Assembly (NCBI GenBank): GCA_963796685.1
Contig: CAWCMR010000011.1
Location: 128,001-192,000 of the forward strand
DNA from: an uncultured delta proteobacterium
GTDB lineage: Bacteria > Myxococcota_A > Polyangia > Fen-1088
DNA length: 64,000 nucleotides
Reading direction: 5' to 3'
Part shown: positions 48,139-57,311 of the stretch, in pieces
Layout: each line of letters starts with the position of its first letter
Position numbering within the stretch: the stretch's first letter is position 1
Translations under genes and position numbers: made by a program
Notes under the pieces: model-generated
The model's input: only the letters and a program-made list of their open reading frames with translations
The model's database searches: none
What the model was told of the DNA's origin: nothing

Positions 48139-48618
48139 ATGGCCGAAACAGTGAACGCGATTCCCGATGGTCTTCACAGCGTTACGCCGAACCTCATTAT
48201 CAAGGACGCGAGCAAGGCGATCGATTGGTACAAGAAGGCGCTTGGCGCGCAGGAACTCTACCGCATGCCGGGACCGGACGGGCGTCTCATGCACGCGGAG
48301 ATCAAAATCGGCAACGCGGTGGTCATGATGACGGATGAGATGCCCGAGATGGGCGGCAAGGGCCCGCAGATGCTCGGGGGCACGCCGGTCAGCCTGACGA
48401 TCTACTGCGAGGACTGCGACGCACTCTTCAACCGCGCAGTGGGTGCCGGAGCCAGCGTGCGCATGCCGCTGGAGGATGCGTTCTGGGGTGACCGCTGGGG
48501 AATGCTGACCGATCCGTTCGGGCACGTGTGGTCCATCGCGACCCACAAGAAAAACCTCTCGGTGCCACAGATGAAGCGCTCCATGGAAGAGTTCATGGCC
48601 AACTTCAAGGCTTCCTAG
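48139..48618 (+). CDS. VOC/glyoxalase PhnB-like protein
   Basis: AIDWYKKALGA, MHAEIKIG and FWGDRWG...DPFGHVW motifs. Confidence 0.9.
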   Translation: MAETVNAIPDGLHSVTPNLIIKDASKAIDWYKKALGAQELYRMPGPDGRLMHAEIKIGNAVVMMTDEMPEMGGKGPQMLGGTPVSLTIYCEDCDALFNRAVGAGASVRMPLEDAFWGDRWGMLTDPFGHVWSIATHKKNLSVPQMKRSMEEFMANFKAS

Positions 48619-48633
48619 CGCTCCCTAGCCAGG

Positions 48634-49773
48634 TCACGGTACCGTCGGTGGTCGGCGCAGGCGGATGGGGGGCAAGGCGGAGCGCGGCGGGCCGGCCGCT
48701 TCGGCCAGTGCGCGCGCGCCCCGCACGATCTCGTGCCGCGGAGAGAGCTTGCAGCTTGGATCGGTCAAGGTCATGTCGCCGGTCAGGTGGTACGCCTGGC
48801 AACGGCAGCCGCCGAAGTCGACCTGGCGATGGTCGCAGGTGCGGCAGGGCTTGGGCATCCATTCTTCGCCGCGAAAACGCGTGAAGGCCGGCGACGAAGT
48901 CCAGATGTCGGCGAGCGCGCGTGCCCTCACGTTGTCGAAGCCGAGGCCGGGCAGGGTGTGTGCGGCATGGCAGGGCAACACGCGCCCATCGGGTGCGACG
49001 ACCAGGTAGCGGCGACCCCACCCGTCCATGCAGGCGCGAGGCCGATCGGAGAAGTAATCGGGCAACACGGCGGCGATCTCCATCCGGCCTTCGAGGCGCG
49101 CGCGCGCCTCGGACACCGTGGCCCGAGCCTCGGCGATCATGGCCGCGGTCGGCAGCAGGTGCGGCCGGTTGACGAGCGCCCAGCCGAGATACTGTACGTG
49201 GGCCAGCTCGAGACGATTGGCCCGCAACCGTTCTGCCATGGCGATCATGTTGGGCAGACGGGGCAGGTTCTCCCGGTGCAGGACGATGTTCAACGTGAGC
49301 GGCAGGCCGAGAGCCCGGACCTGACCGGCCACCTCCTCCTTCCTGGCCAGCGCGTCCACGCCGGCGATGCGCGCGGCCGCGCCACCGTCCACGTCTTGAA
49401 TAGAGAGCTGAACGCCTTCCAGCCCGGCGTCGCGCAGGCGAGTCAGGGCATCACGGTCGGACGGGATGCCGCTGGTGATGAGCGTGGTGTAAAGGTCGCA
49501 GTCTCGCGCGGCCCGCACGATCGATTCCAGATCGGGACGCAAGAGCGGCTCGCCCCCGGTCAGGTTCACCTGCATGACGCCGAGAGCCTCCGCTTCGCCG
49601 AACACCCGGCCCCAGGTCGCCGCGTCGAGCTCCGCATCCATGGCGTCCAGGCGAACGGGGTTGGAACAATACGCGCAGCGAAGCGGACAGCGGTAGGTCA
49701 GCTCGGCCACCAAGGTGTACGGGCGCGGGGCTGCGGCGGCCGGGGCCACGGACGGGACAGCCTGGCCCGTCAT
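48634..49773 (-). CDS. pqqE: PQQ biosynthesis radical SAM/SPASM protein
   Basis: AELTYRCPLRCAYCSNP, CMDGWG, VLPCH and DFGGCRCQAY motifs. Confidence 0.97.
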   Translation of the reverse strand: MTGQAVPSVAPAAAAPRPYTLVAELTYRCPLRCAYCSNPVRLDAMDAELDAATWGRVFGEAEALGVMQVNLTGGEPLLRPDLESIVRAARDCDLYTTLITSGIPSDRDALTRLRDAGLEGVQLSIQDVDGGAAARIAGVDALARKEEVAGQVRALGLPLTLNIVLHRENLPRLPNMIAMAERLRANRLELAHVQYLGWALVNRPHLLPTAAMIAEARATVSEARARLEGRMEIAAVLPDYFSDRPRACMDGWGRRYLVVAPDGRVLPCHAAHTLPGLGFDNVRARALADIWTSSPAFTRFRGEEWMPKPCRTCDHRQVDFGGCRCQAYHLTGDMTLTDPSCKLSPRHEIVRGARALAEAAGPPRSALPPIRLRRPPTVP

Positions 49774-50078
49774 GCCTCGCCCTCTCCGGGCTCATCCGCC
49801 ACGAGAACGAGTCCCCGGCGAGCCAGCGCCGCCAGCAGCCGCGTCACGTCCTCCGCGATCCGCTCGCGGGTGACCTCGCGGTAAGTCTCGGCCAGTCGGT
49901 CCACGATCTCGGCCACGGTGAGCTTGGCCGTACACAACTTCACCACCTCGCTCGCCGAGCCCAGCAATTCGAAGCCGGTTTCCGGTCGTAGCAGGAACAG
50001 CTTTCCGCTGATGCGATCCCTTCGCAGACGTGCCCCGCGCGCCAGGCGCGGTCTCGACCCGATGTCGATCTCGGTCAC
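49770..50078 (-). CDS. pqqD: PQQ biosynthesis peptide chaperone
   Basis: RPRLARGARL..DR...LL.PE...EVVKLC...IVDRLAETY. Lies between pqqC and pqqE. Confidence 0.9.
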   Translation of the reverse strand: MTEIDIGSRPRLARGARLRRDRISGKLFLLRPETGFELLGSASEVVKLCTAKLTVAEIVDRLAETYREVTRERIAEDVTRLLAALARRGLVLVADEPGEGEA

Positions 50079-50824
50079 GCGCGCATCGCCCCCGTCGCTG
50101 GTTGGGGGGGCGCGCTGACGCAGTCGAGGAGGTGCCACAGGATCTCGGTCTTGCGAATCAGGGCCGCCACGCACGCTTCCTGCTCGGCGCGGGTCTGCGC
50201 GTGCGCGACCACGAACGCGATCGCCTCCTCGGAGTCGCGGCGCGCGCGCGGCACACGGCTGCGAAAGTAGGCCAGCCCGGCCGGGTCGACGAAGGGATAG
50301 TGCTTTTCCCACGCGGCGATTCGCTTGGACATGAGATCCGGCGCGAAAAACTCCGTCAGCGACGAGGCCACGGCCACCACCAGGCTGCTGTCGCGAACCA
50401 ACGACACGTACGCGTCGCAGGCGAAACGCACGCCGGGCAAGACCTGGCGGCAGCTCGCCACCGTGTCGGCGTCCAGCCCCGCGGCCACCGCCAGCCTGAG
50501 CCACTCGGCCAGCCCGCCCTCGCCCGGGACGCTTCCGTCGTGATCGTGAATCCGGCGTATCCAGGCCCGCCGAAACGCGGGATCCTCGCTCTTGGAGGCG
50601 ATCAGTGCGTCCTTGATGGGGATGCGGGTCTGGTAGTAGTAGCGGTTCAGAATCCAGCGGGCGAGATCGTCGGGCGTGAGCCGCCCTTCATGCATCGCCA
50701 CGTTGAACGGGTGCAGGTCGTGGTAGCGGGCGGAGCCCTCGCAGCGCAGGCGCTCGATGAACGCGTCGGCTTCGAGTGGCGGGCCCAGTTCCCCACCCGA
50801 GGCGGGCCCGGATGCGGCGCTCAC
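50075..50824 (-). CDS. pqqC: Pyrroloquinoline-quinone synthase
   Basis: YHDLHPF, NRYYYQTRIPIKDA and SSLTEFFAP motifs. Confidence 0.97.
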   Translation of the reverse strand: MSAASGPASGGELGPPLEADAFIERLRCEGSARYHDLHPFNVAMHEGRLTPDDLARWILNRYYYQTRIPIKDALIASKSEDPAFRRAWIRRIHDHDGSVPGEGGLAEWLRLAVAAGLDADTVASCRQVLPGVRFACDAYVSLVRDSSLVVAVASSLTEFFAPDLMSKRIAAWEKHYPFVDPAGLAYFRSRVPRARRDSEEAIAFVVAHAQTRAEQEACVAALIRKTEILWHLLDCVSAPPQPATGAMRA

Positions 50825-51732
50825 AGCTCCATCTCCATGCCGTCGAAGGCAACTTCGATCCCTGCCGCGGTTGTTTCGGCGCGCTCGGGCGAGTCGTTTC
50901 GTAGCAGCGGGTTGGTGTTGTTGATGTGAATCAGGACTCGTCGCGCCGCCGTTATGCGGGCGAGATGGGAAAGGGTGCCCGCCGGGCCACCCACCGGCAG
51001 ATGGGCCATGTCCTCGGCACGCTTGGAGCCGACTCCAGCGGTCAGCAGCTCGGCGCTGGACCAGAAGGTGCCGTCGAAGAACACGACGTCGACCTCAGCC
51101 AACATCCGCTCCAGCGTGGTGGTCCAGGCGGCTGCCGCGGGCACGTAGGCGACGGTACGGTTGGCCGCGCGATCCCGGATCAGCAGCCCCACATTGTCTT
51201 CTTCGCTGGCCGGTCCGCGACCTTCCAAATGAATCGGGCGCTTGCCGGGGACCGGGAAAGCCGTGAGCGACAGCGCGCTGTCCTCGGCTCCCAACCCGCG
51301 CGAGACGCCGAGCGACAAGGTTCGCCACGTGGTCTGCCCCTCGAACCGCTCGAGCGTTCGGTAGAGCACATTGCCGTCCGTGAACCCGGCCCGCACCGCG
51401 CTCGTCGCGTAAAGGGTGAGGGGCTGCGACTCGCGCAGCGACAGGAGGCCCAGGCAGTGGTCCAGATCGCCATTGGTGAGCACGATGCCGGCAATCGGCG
51501 AATGGCGAAGCTGCCGCGGCCACAGCGGGGGAAAGCTCTCGATCTGCTCGCGAATCTCCGGCGAGGCGTTGAGCAGAAACCAGGCCTCCCCATCGGCGCT
51601 GAGGGCGATGGATTCCTGCCGACGCGACGCGCCTCGCAGACTTCCGGAGCGCACATCGCGACAGTTGGGGCAACCGCAGTTCCACTGCGGAAAGCCCCCT
51701 CCGGCGGCTGAGCCTAGAACGCGAACGCGCAA
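50821..51732 (-). CDS. pqqB: PQQ biosynthesis protein B
   Basis: LGSAAGGGFPQWNCGCPNC, LNASP and IHINNTNP motifs. Confidence 0.97.
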   Translation of the reverse strand: MRVRVLGSAAGGGFPQWNCGCPNCRDVRSGSLRGASRRQESIALSADGEAWFLLNASPEIREQIESFPPLWPRQLRHSPIAGIVLTNGDLDHCLGLLSLRESQPLTLYATSAVRAGFTDGNVLYRTLERFEGQTTWRTLSLGVSRGLGAEDSALSLTAFPVPGKRPIHLEGRGPASEEDNVGLLIRDRAANRTVAYVPAAAAWTTTLERMLAEVDVVFFDGTFWSSAELLTAGVGSKRAEDMAHLPVGGPAGTLSHLARITAARRVLIHINNTNPLLRNDSPERAETTAAGIEVAFDGMEMEL

Positions 51733-51750
51733 CGGCAGACGGCCCGGGGG

Positions 51751-51909
51751 TCAGAAGACTGCGGCTGCGGAGTCCTTGTCTTCTTTGGGCTCGGCATCGA
51801 GCACGGGGCCGCGCGGGCCCAGCGGCGGTTCATCGCCGAAATCAGACTGATAGCCACCGATTTCCGCGTTCATTGCGATCTCGACGAAGTCTGGCCGTTC
51901 CCATTGCAT
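51751..51909 (-). CDS. pqqA: PQQ precursor peptide with C-terminal extension
   Basis: MQWERPDFVEIAMNAEIGGY (W..P.F leader, ExxxY core) directly upstream of pqqB. GGGAG RBS 9 nt before the ATG. Confidence 0.85.
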   Translation of the reverse strand: MQWERPDFVEIAMNAEIGGYQSDFGDEPPLGPRGPVLDAEPKEDKDSAAAVF

Positions 51910-52284
51910 GTTTGCCATCTCCCTGCTGTCAATCGAACCCGAGCGAAGCCCTGGCGAAGCTCCGGAGTCGCCACCTCTTACCCAGGCGAAAGCTACCATC
52001 CGCGGGCCGTGACGCACGGAAATTCAGTCTTGCTCTGCGAAAGGGGACGAACCTGGTCCGCCGCAATCGGGGATGCCCCACCCCTGGCGAGTGGAACGAG
52101 AACCCATCATCCCGTCGATAGCCGCAGAGCGTCGTGGCAGTGGCCGGAGTCGTGGCCATGGCCGCACCCGGTTGTAACTGCCGTCAGTCACCAGTCGCCG
52201 CGGTGAGCCAAACATCGAGAAGGATTGAACGAACCGCCTGCTTGATCGTGCCGAGGGGTTTTCGGGTATAGTGCCCGAACTGCG

Positions 52285-52441
52285 TCCGCCCGAGCCCATC
52301 CGTTCACCATCGAGGCGGCGTTCAACATAGATGATCAACTCCACAACCATCTTCCCGCGAGGCGACTTACTCGCTCTTGCTGCACACCCTACCTTGCGGG
52401 TGGGGTGCCCGTTCCATGGGTTGTTTGACCATCTCGGGGCA
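52285..52441 (+). ncRNA. ssrS: Probable 6S RNA
   Basis: Directly upstream of ygfA (conserved synteny). TATAGT -10 box at 52267-52272. Ends pair (GCCCGAG/CTCGGGGC) and an internal duplex is possible. Boundaries approximate. Confidence 0.5.
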
Positions 52442-52461
52442 AGAACGAAACGTCGGTACCG

Positions 52462-53088
52462 ATGCACCAAGCCGAGCTGTCGCTAAGGGAGGAAAAGCGC
52501 TCACTGCGGCGCGCCATGGCGGAGCAACGGGATGTGCTGCTGCAGGCTGAGCGGGAAGCCATGACCGCCCGCGCAGTGGAGAGATTTCTCGACCTGCCTG
52601 AAATTCGCGCGGCGCGCAGCGTGGCGGGATTCGTTTCCACCCGTTCGGAGATCGATACCGAACCGCTTCTCACCGAGCTTCGGCGCAGAGGGGTCGACGT
52701 CGTGCTGCCACGGGTCAGCACCGGCCTCATCCCACCGCGCCTGCGCTTCCACCGGGCGAAGACGCGGGCCGACCTCGTGTTCGGCATCTTCGGTTTGCTG
52801 GAACCCGGGCTCGATTGCCCCGAGCTGGCCGCTCAGGACATCGACGTCTTCATGGTTCCAGGGTTGGTGTTCGACAAGCGCGGCTCGCGCATCGGCTACG
52901 GCGGCGGCTATTACGACGAGCTGGCCGCCTATGTCCGGGCCCATCCCGATGCCACCAATGCCCGTTTCGTCGGCTACGCCTTCGACTTTCAATTGGTAGA
53001 GACCTGTCCCGCGGGGGAGTGGGACGTACCGCTAGACACCATCGTGACGGACGAGCGAGTCGTCCGCTGCCAAGAACCGATCGGCTGA
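52462..53088 (+). CDS. ygfA: 5-formyltetrahydrofolate cyclo-ligase
   Basis: EKRSLRR, SEIDT, VPGLVFDKRGSRIGYGGGYYD and DVPLDTIVT motifs. Confidence 0.95.
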   Translation: MHQAELSLREEKRSLRRAMAEQRDVLLQAEREAMTARAVERFLDLPEIRAARSVAGFVSTRSEIDTEPLLTELRRRGVDVVLPRVSTGLIPPRLRFHRAKTRADLVFGIFGLLEPGLDCPELAAQDIDVFMVPGLVFDKRGSRIGYGGGYYDELAAYVRAHPDATNARFVGYAFDFQLVETCPAGEWDVPLDTIVTDERVVRCQEPIG

Positions 53089-53096
53089 GGTAGGAC

Positions 53097-54656
53097 ATGA
53101 CCGCTGGAGCAATCATCGGCGCGATCCTGGCTGCTGCGGTGGCCGGGGTGGTCGCGTTCCTGCTTGGACGTCTGTCCAAACCCGACGCGGTGCCCGAAAG
53201 CGAAGAGGAACGCAAACGGGCGCTGGCGGCCGCGACCAGCGAAGCGGACGCCATCAAACGCCAGGCCCTGGTCGAGGCCAAGGAAGGCGCGCAGAAGATC
53301 CGCAGCGAGGTCGAAAGCGAGCTGCGTGCTCGGCGCCAGGAGCTGGACCGGAGCACGGCGGAGATCCGCGCGCGGGTGGAGGCAGCCGACCGGCGCGATC
53401 GTGAGATGAAGACCGAGCGCGAGAACATCGCGCGCAAGGAAAAGCAGCTCCAGGCGCGCGAGCAGGCTGCCGAGACCGTGGCCAGGACCGCGGCCTCCGC
53501 CGCAGCGGAAGCGCGGACGCGGCTCGAAAAGATTGCGGGTATGGGGGAAGCCGAGGCGCGCAAGCTGTTGACCGCCGAGGTCCAAGCCGAGGCGCGTGCG
53601 GCGGCGGCCGGCGAGGTCAAGCGTATCGAGGAAGAAGCCCAGGCGCAGGCCAAGCAGAAGGCGCAGCTCATCCTGGGCGCCGCGGTCCAGCGCTACGCCA
53701 GCGACTACGTCGCCGAACGCACGGTGTCCGTGGTGCCCTTGCCTTCCGACGACATGAAGGGCCGTATCATCGGCCGTGAAGGTCGCAACATTCGCGCCCT
53801 CGAATCGGCTACCGGGATCGATTTGATCATCGACGACACGCCCGAGGCGGTGGTCATCTCGTGCTTCAATCCCGTGCGGCGCGAGATCGCCCGCCTGGCG
53901 CTCACCCGCCTCATCGCCGATGGGCGCATCCATCCGACCCGCATCGAGGAGATGGTTCGCAAGGCCACCGACGAGGTGGAACAGCAGTGCAAGGAGGCCG
54001 GCGACCAGGCCGCCTTCGACCTCGGCATCGGCCGCTTGCACCCGGATCTCGGCCGGTTGCTCGGCAAGTTGCGCTTCCGCTCGGGAACCGCGCAGAACCT
54101 GCTTCAGCACTCCATCGAGGTCGGCTTCCTGGCCGGCACCATCGCGGGCGAGCTCGGCTATCCGGTCAAGATGGCCCGCCGCGCGGGCCTTCTGCACGAT
54201 ATCGGCTGTGGCGTGGACCAAGAGGTCGACGGCTCGCACGCCGTGGCGGGCGCGGTCATGGCGCGCAAGTTCGGTGAGACACCCAAGATCTGCCACGCCA
54301 TCGAAGCCCACCACGGCGAGGTGCCCGCCGAAGACGTGCTCGACCACATCGTGGACGCCGCCAACGTGCTGGCCAACCAGCGGCCCGGGGCACGGCGCGA
54401 GTCGCTGGAATCCTACGTGCAGCGACTGGACGATCTGGAGAAGATCGCGTCCGGCTTCGACGGTGTGGAACGTGCCTTTGCCATCCAGGCCGGGCGCGAG
54501 GTGCGCGTCCTGGTGGAGAACACCAAGATCAGCGACGAACAGGCGCGCGTGCTGTCCAAGGACATCGCCCGCAAGGTCGAGGCGCAGCTCGCGTACCCCG
54601 GCCAGATCCGCGTGTCCGTGGTGCGCGAAACGCGCGCCGTCGACTTTGCCAAGTAA
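53097..54656 (+). CDS. rny: Ribonuclease Y
   Basis: N-terminal TM, coiled coil, KH domain MKGRIIGREGRNIR, HD motif LLHDIG, AIQAGREVRV. Confidence 0.97.
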   Translation: MTAGAIIGAILAAAVAGVVAFLLGRLSKPDAVPESEEERKRALAAATSEADAIKRQALVEAKEGAQKIRSEVESELRARRQELDRSTAEIRARVEAADRRDREMKTERENIARKEKQLQAREQAAETVARTAASAAAEARTRLEKIAGMGEAEARKLLTAEVQAEARAAAAGEVKRIEEEAQAQAKQKAQLILGAAVQRYASDYVAERTVSVVPLPSDDMKGRIIGREGRNIRALESATGIDLIIDDTPEAVVISCFNPVRREIARLALTRLIADGRIHPTRIEEMVRKATDEVEQQCKEAGDQAAFDLGIGRLHPDLGRLLGKLRFRSGTAQNLLQHSIEVGFLAGTIAGELGYPVKMARRAGLLHDIGCGVDQEVDGSHAVAGAVMARKFGETPKICHAIEAHHGEVPAEDVLDHIVDAANVLANQRPGARRESLESYVQRLDDLEKIASGFDGVERAFAIQAGREVRVLVENTKISDEQARVLSKDIARKVEAQLAYPGQIRVSVVRETRAVDFAK

Positions 54657-54700
54657 TCACGCTTTTTTGACGTGCGCCCTGTCCGGGCCAAGATCCAGCC

Positions 54701-55444
54701 ATGAACCACCGTTTCGTCATTCTCGGCGCGATCGCCTTTGCCGGTTGTAGCAGCCAGCCCGAACCCCTGACCCAAACCGAGTACTGCAACCAGTACGCGC
54801 AGGACGTGTGCGCTGGAATTGTGCCGGCTTGTCTCATGCCGCAGGCCGACTGCATGGCCGGTCGCCTCGCCGAGTGCACCGCCCAGGCGCAAGAAAACGC
54901 CGGCCGCGACTTCCTACCGCCGAACGCGCAGGTTTGTCTCGACAAAGTCAAAGCGGTCTATGGGAAGCTGAACCAGGGGGCGGTCTCTCTGAGCCCGGCT
55001 GATCTCGAGACCGTGGCTCTCGCCTGCGGCAAGGTCTATCGGGGGACGGAGCTGCCCAACGGACCGTGCGTCGCCGACGCCGACTGCCTCGATGGCCTCA
55101 TCTGCGACAAGGGTTACTGCGGAACCGCCAGGTTGGTTGCGCAAGGAGCCGGGTGCGCCAACATCGGCGAATACTGCCCGTCCGGATCCTATTGCAGCAC
55201 CACGAGCGGTGTTTGGATGTGCGCGAGCAAGTTGGGGCTCGGCGGCGCTTGCAGCGCCGCGAATCCTTGCCTGGAGAGCCTGCGCTGCGCGGGAGGCATC
55301 TGCTCCGTTCAGCTGGACATCGGCGGGGCTTGCTCCGTCGACCAGGACTGCAGCAGCGGCTTCTGCGAGCCCTACGCGCTCAAGTGCGCCCAGGACGTGC
55401 GCTTCGCCAACGGCAACCTCGATTGCCAGGCCATGGGCGGCTGA
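54701..55444 (+). CDS. Cysteine-rich lipoprotein
   Basis: Lipobox FAGC. Repeated G..C....C...L.C..G.C units. Confidence 0.8.
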   Translation: MNHRFVILGAIAFAGCSSQPEPLTQTEYCNQYAQDVCAGIVPACLMPQADCMAGRLAECTAQAQENAGRDFLPPNAQVCLDKVKAVYGKLNQGAVSLSPADLETVALACGKVYRGTELPNGPCVADADCLDGLICDKGYCGTARLVAQGAGCANIGEYCPSGSYCSTTSGVWMCASKLGLGGACSAANPCLESLRCAGGICSVQLDIGGACSVDQDCSSGFCEPYALKCAQDVRFANGNLDCQAMGG

Positions 55445-55797
55445 CCGCCGATTCGACCGCTCTGCGCTCTCCTCGTTCTCTGCGCCCTCTCATTTTCCGC
55501 ACTCGCAGTCGCTCACCAACAGGATTTCCGCGCGCAGGGTAGCGGGCGACAGGCGCGTGGTGATGCAGATGCAGCGCTCGGCATCGCGTTCGACCGCCTC
55601 GGCGAAGTCCGCCAGATCGTATCTCAAGGAGGCCGGGTCCTTGGGGGTCTGTCGCAGCACCTGCGGCACGGTCAGTCGAAACATCTCTGCCAGGACCAAG
55701 GTCGTGAGCATCATGGTCATCTCTCCGTCGTGAAAGCGGGGCGAGGTTACTCCGATCGCGCACGCCTGGCGCAAGTCTCGTGGCGGTGGCGACGCGG

Positions 55798-56889
55798 TCA
55801 ATCGCCGAAACAGGTGCCCACGGCGCGGGCGGTGCGAACCAAGGGGTCGTCGGGGGCGACCTTGCGCTGCTTGCCGGCCACGCTCTGGATGGGAACTTCG
55901 CCCAGGTGCCCGTTTTGTTGCACCACGAGCTGGCCCTGTGCGCCGGCCATCAGGATCTCCAGCGCGTGGTGGCCGAACTGGGTGGCCAGCACGCGATCGG
56001 CCGGGGTTGGCGAGCCGCCGCGCTGAATGTGCCCGAGCACGGTGGCGCGTGCGTCCAGCTTGGTGCGCTCTTCGATGTCGGCGACCAGCTTGTTGGCGAT
56101 GCCGCCCAGGCGGATGGGATCCGGGCTGGTTTCCACGCGGCGCTGGATCACGACGTCGCCGCCCTTGGGTTTCGCCCCCTCGGACACACAAATGATGGAG
56201 AAGCGCTTGCCGCTCTTGCTGCGGCGTCGGAGCACCTCGGCGATGACGTCGAGGTCGTAGGGGATCTCGGGGATCAGGATCACGTCGGCGCCCGAGGCCA
56301 AGCCGGTGTGCAAGGCCAGCCAGCCGGCGTTGCGGCCCATGACCTCGACCACCATCACGCGGTGGTGGCTCATGGCCGTGGTGTGGATCTTGTCGAAGCA
56401 TTCGGCGGCGGTGTGCACGGCGGTGTCGAAGCCGAAGGTGCGTTCGCAGCCCTCGAGGTCGTTGTCGATGGTCTTGGGCACGCCAATGCAGTTGATGCCG
56501 CTTTCGACCAGGTTCGCGGCGCCCGTCATGGTGCCGTCGCCGCCGATGCAGACCAAGGCGTCGAGCTCGTTCGCGCGCACGTGGTCGATTACCCGGTCGG
56601 TGACGTCGACCCACTCGGTCTTGCCGCCTCTCTCGATGGCGAAGCGTTGCGGGTTGGCCTGATTGCTGGTGCCCAGGATGGTGCCGCCCTGGGTAAGGAT
56701 GTTCGAGACGTCGTTCCAGCCCAGCAGGCGCATGCGGTTCTGGATGAGGCCGAGGAAGCCGTCTTCCACGCCGATGACCTCGAGCTTGTACTGGTGCATC
56801 GCCGTCTTGGTCACGGCACGAATCACCGCGTTCAGACCCGGACAGTCGCCACCGCCCGTCAGCACCCCGATGCGTTTGATGGTCGCCAT
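55798..56889 (-). CDS. pfkA: 6-phosphofructokinase (PfkA family, probably ATP-dependent group III)
   Basis: TGGGDCPGLNAVIR, GGDGT, PKTIDND, EVMGR and LGHIQRGG motifs. Confidence 0.95.
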   Translation of the reverse strand: MATIKRIGVLTGGGDCPGLNAVIRAVTKTAMHQYKLEVIGVEDGFLGLIQNRMRLLGWNDVSNILTQGGTILGTSNQANPQRFAIERGGKTEWVDVTDRVIDHVRANELDALVCIGGDGTMTGAANLVESGINCIGVPKTIDNDLEGCERTFGFDTAVHTAAECFDKIHTTAMSHHRVMVVEVMGRNAGWLALHTGLASGADVILIPEIPYDLDVIAEVLRRRSKSGKRFSIICVSEGAKPKGGDVVIQRRVETSPDPIRLGGIANKLVADIEERTKLDARATVLGHIQRGGSPTPADRVLATQFGHHALEILMAGAQGQLVVQQNGHLGEVPIQSVAGKQRKVAPDDPLVRTARAVGTCFGD

Positions 56890-57311
56890 GGTGGCGCGAT
56901 GCTAGCCCCAAACCTCGTTCTCCGTCTAGCAATCGACCTGGGTCGGTTGGTGTCATCTATCATCGTCCATGGTCTTCGCGCCCATTTTCCCTCGCAGAGC
57001 CCACCGCGCAGTGTTTCCCGCTTGGCAAGCGGCCTTAATCTTACTAAGTTTGCTCACCAATAGATTTGCGCGCAGATTCGCGCTCGCGTTCAGGGTATCC
57101 GTGAGTCCTGCGCCCAGGCGCCCTCTCTTCAGATCGAGGAGGATTCCTATTGATGCAACCCTTGCTTCGGCACCTATGCGCAAGCCGCGCCAGCACGATC
57201 GTGCCGCCTGCGCACGACGGCAGCCCTGGCGGTTCTTCTTGCCAGCAATAGAGCCTACGCTCCGACACTAACGAACCGTCCGACAACAGACCCGACGAGG
57301 AGGCCTTCCAG

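Noticed and set aside
52060-52082. Sigma54 promoter for the pqq operon
   Set aside because: GG-to-GC spacing on the minus strand is 11 nt rather than the required 10.
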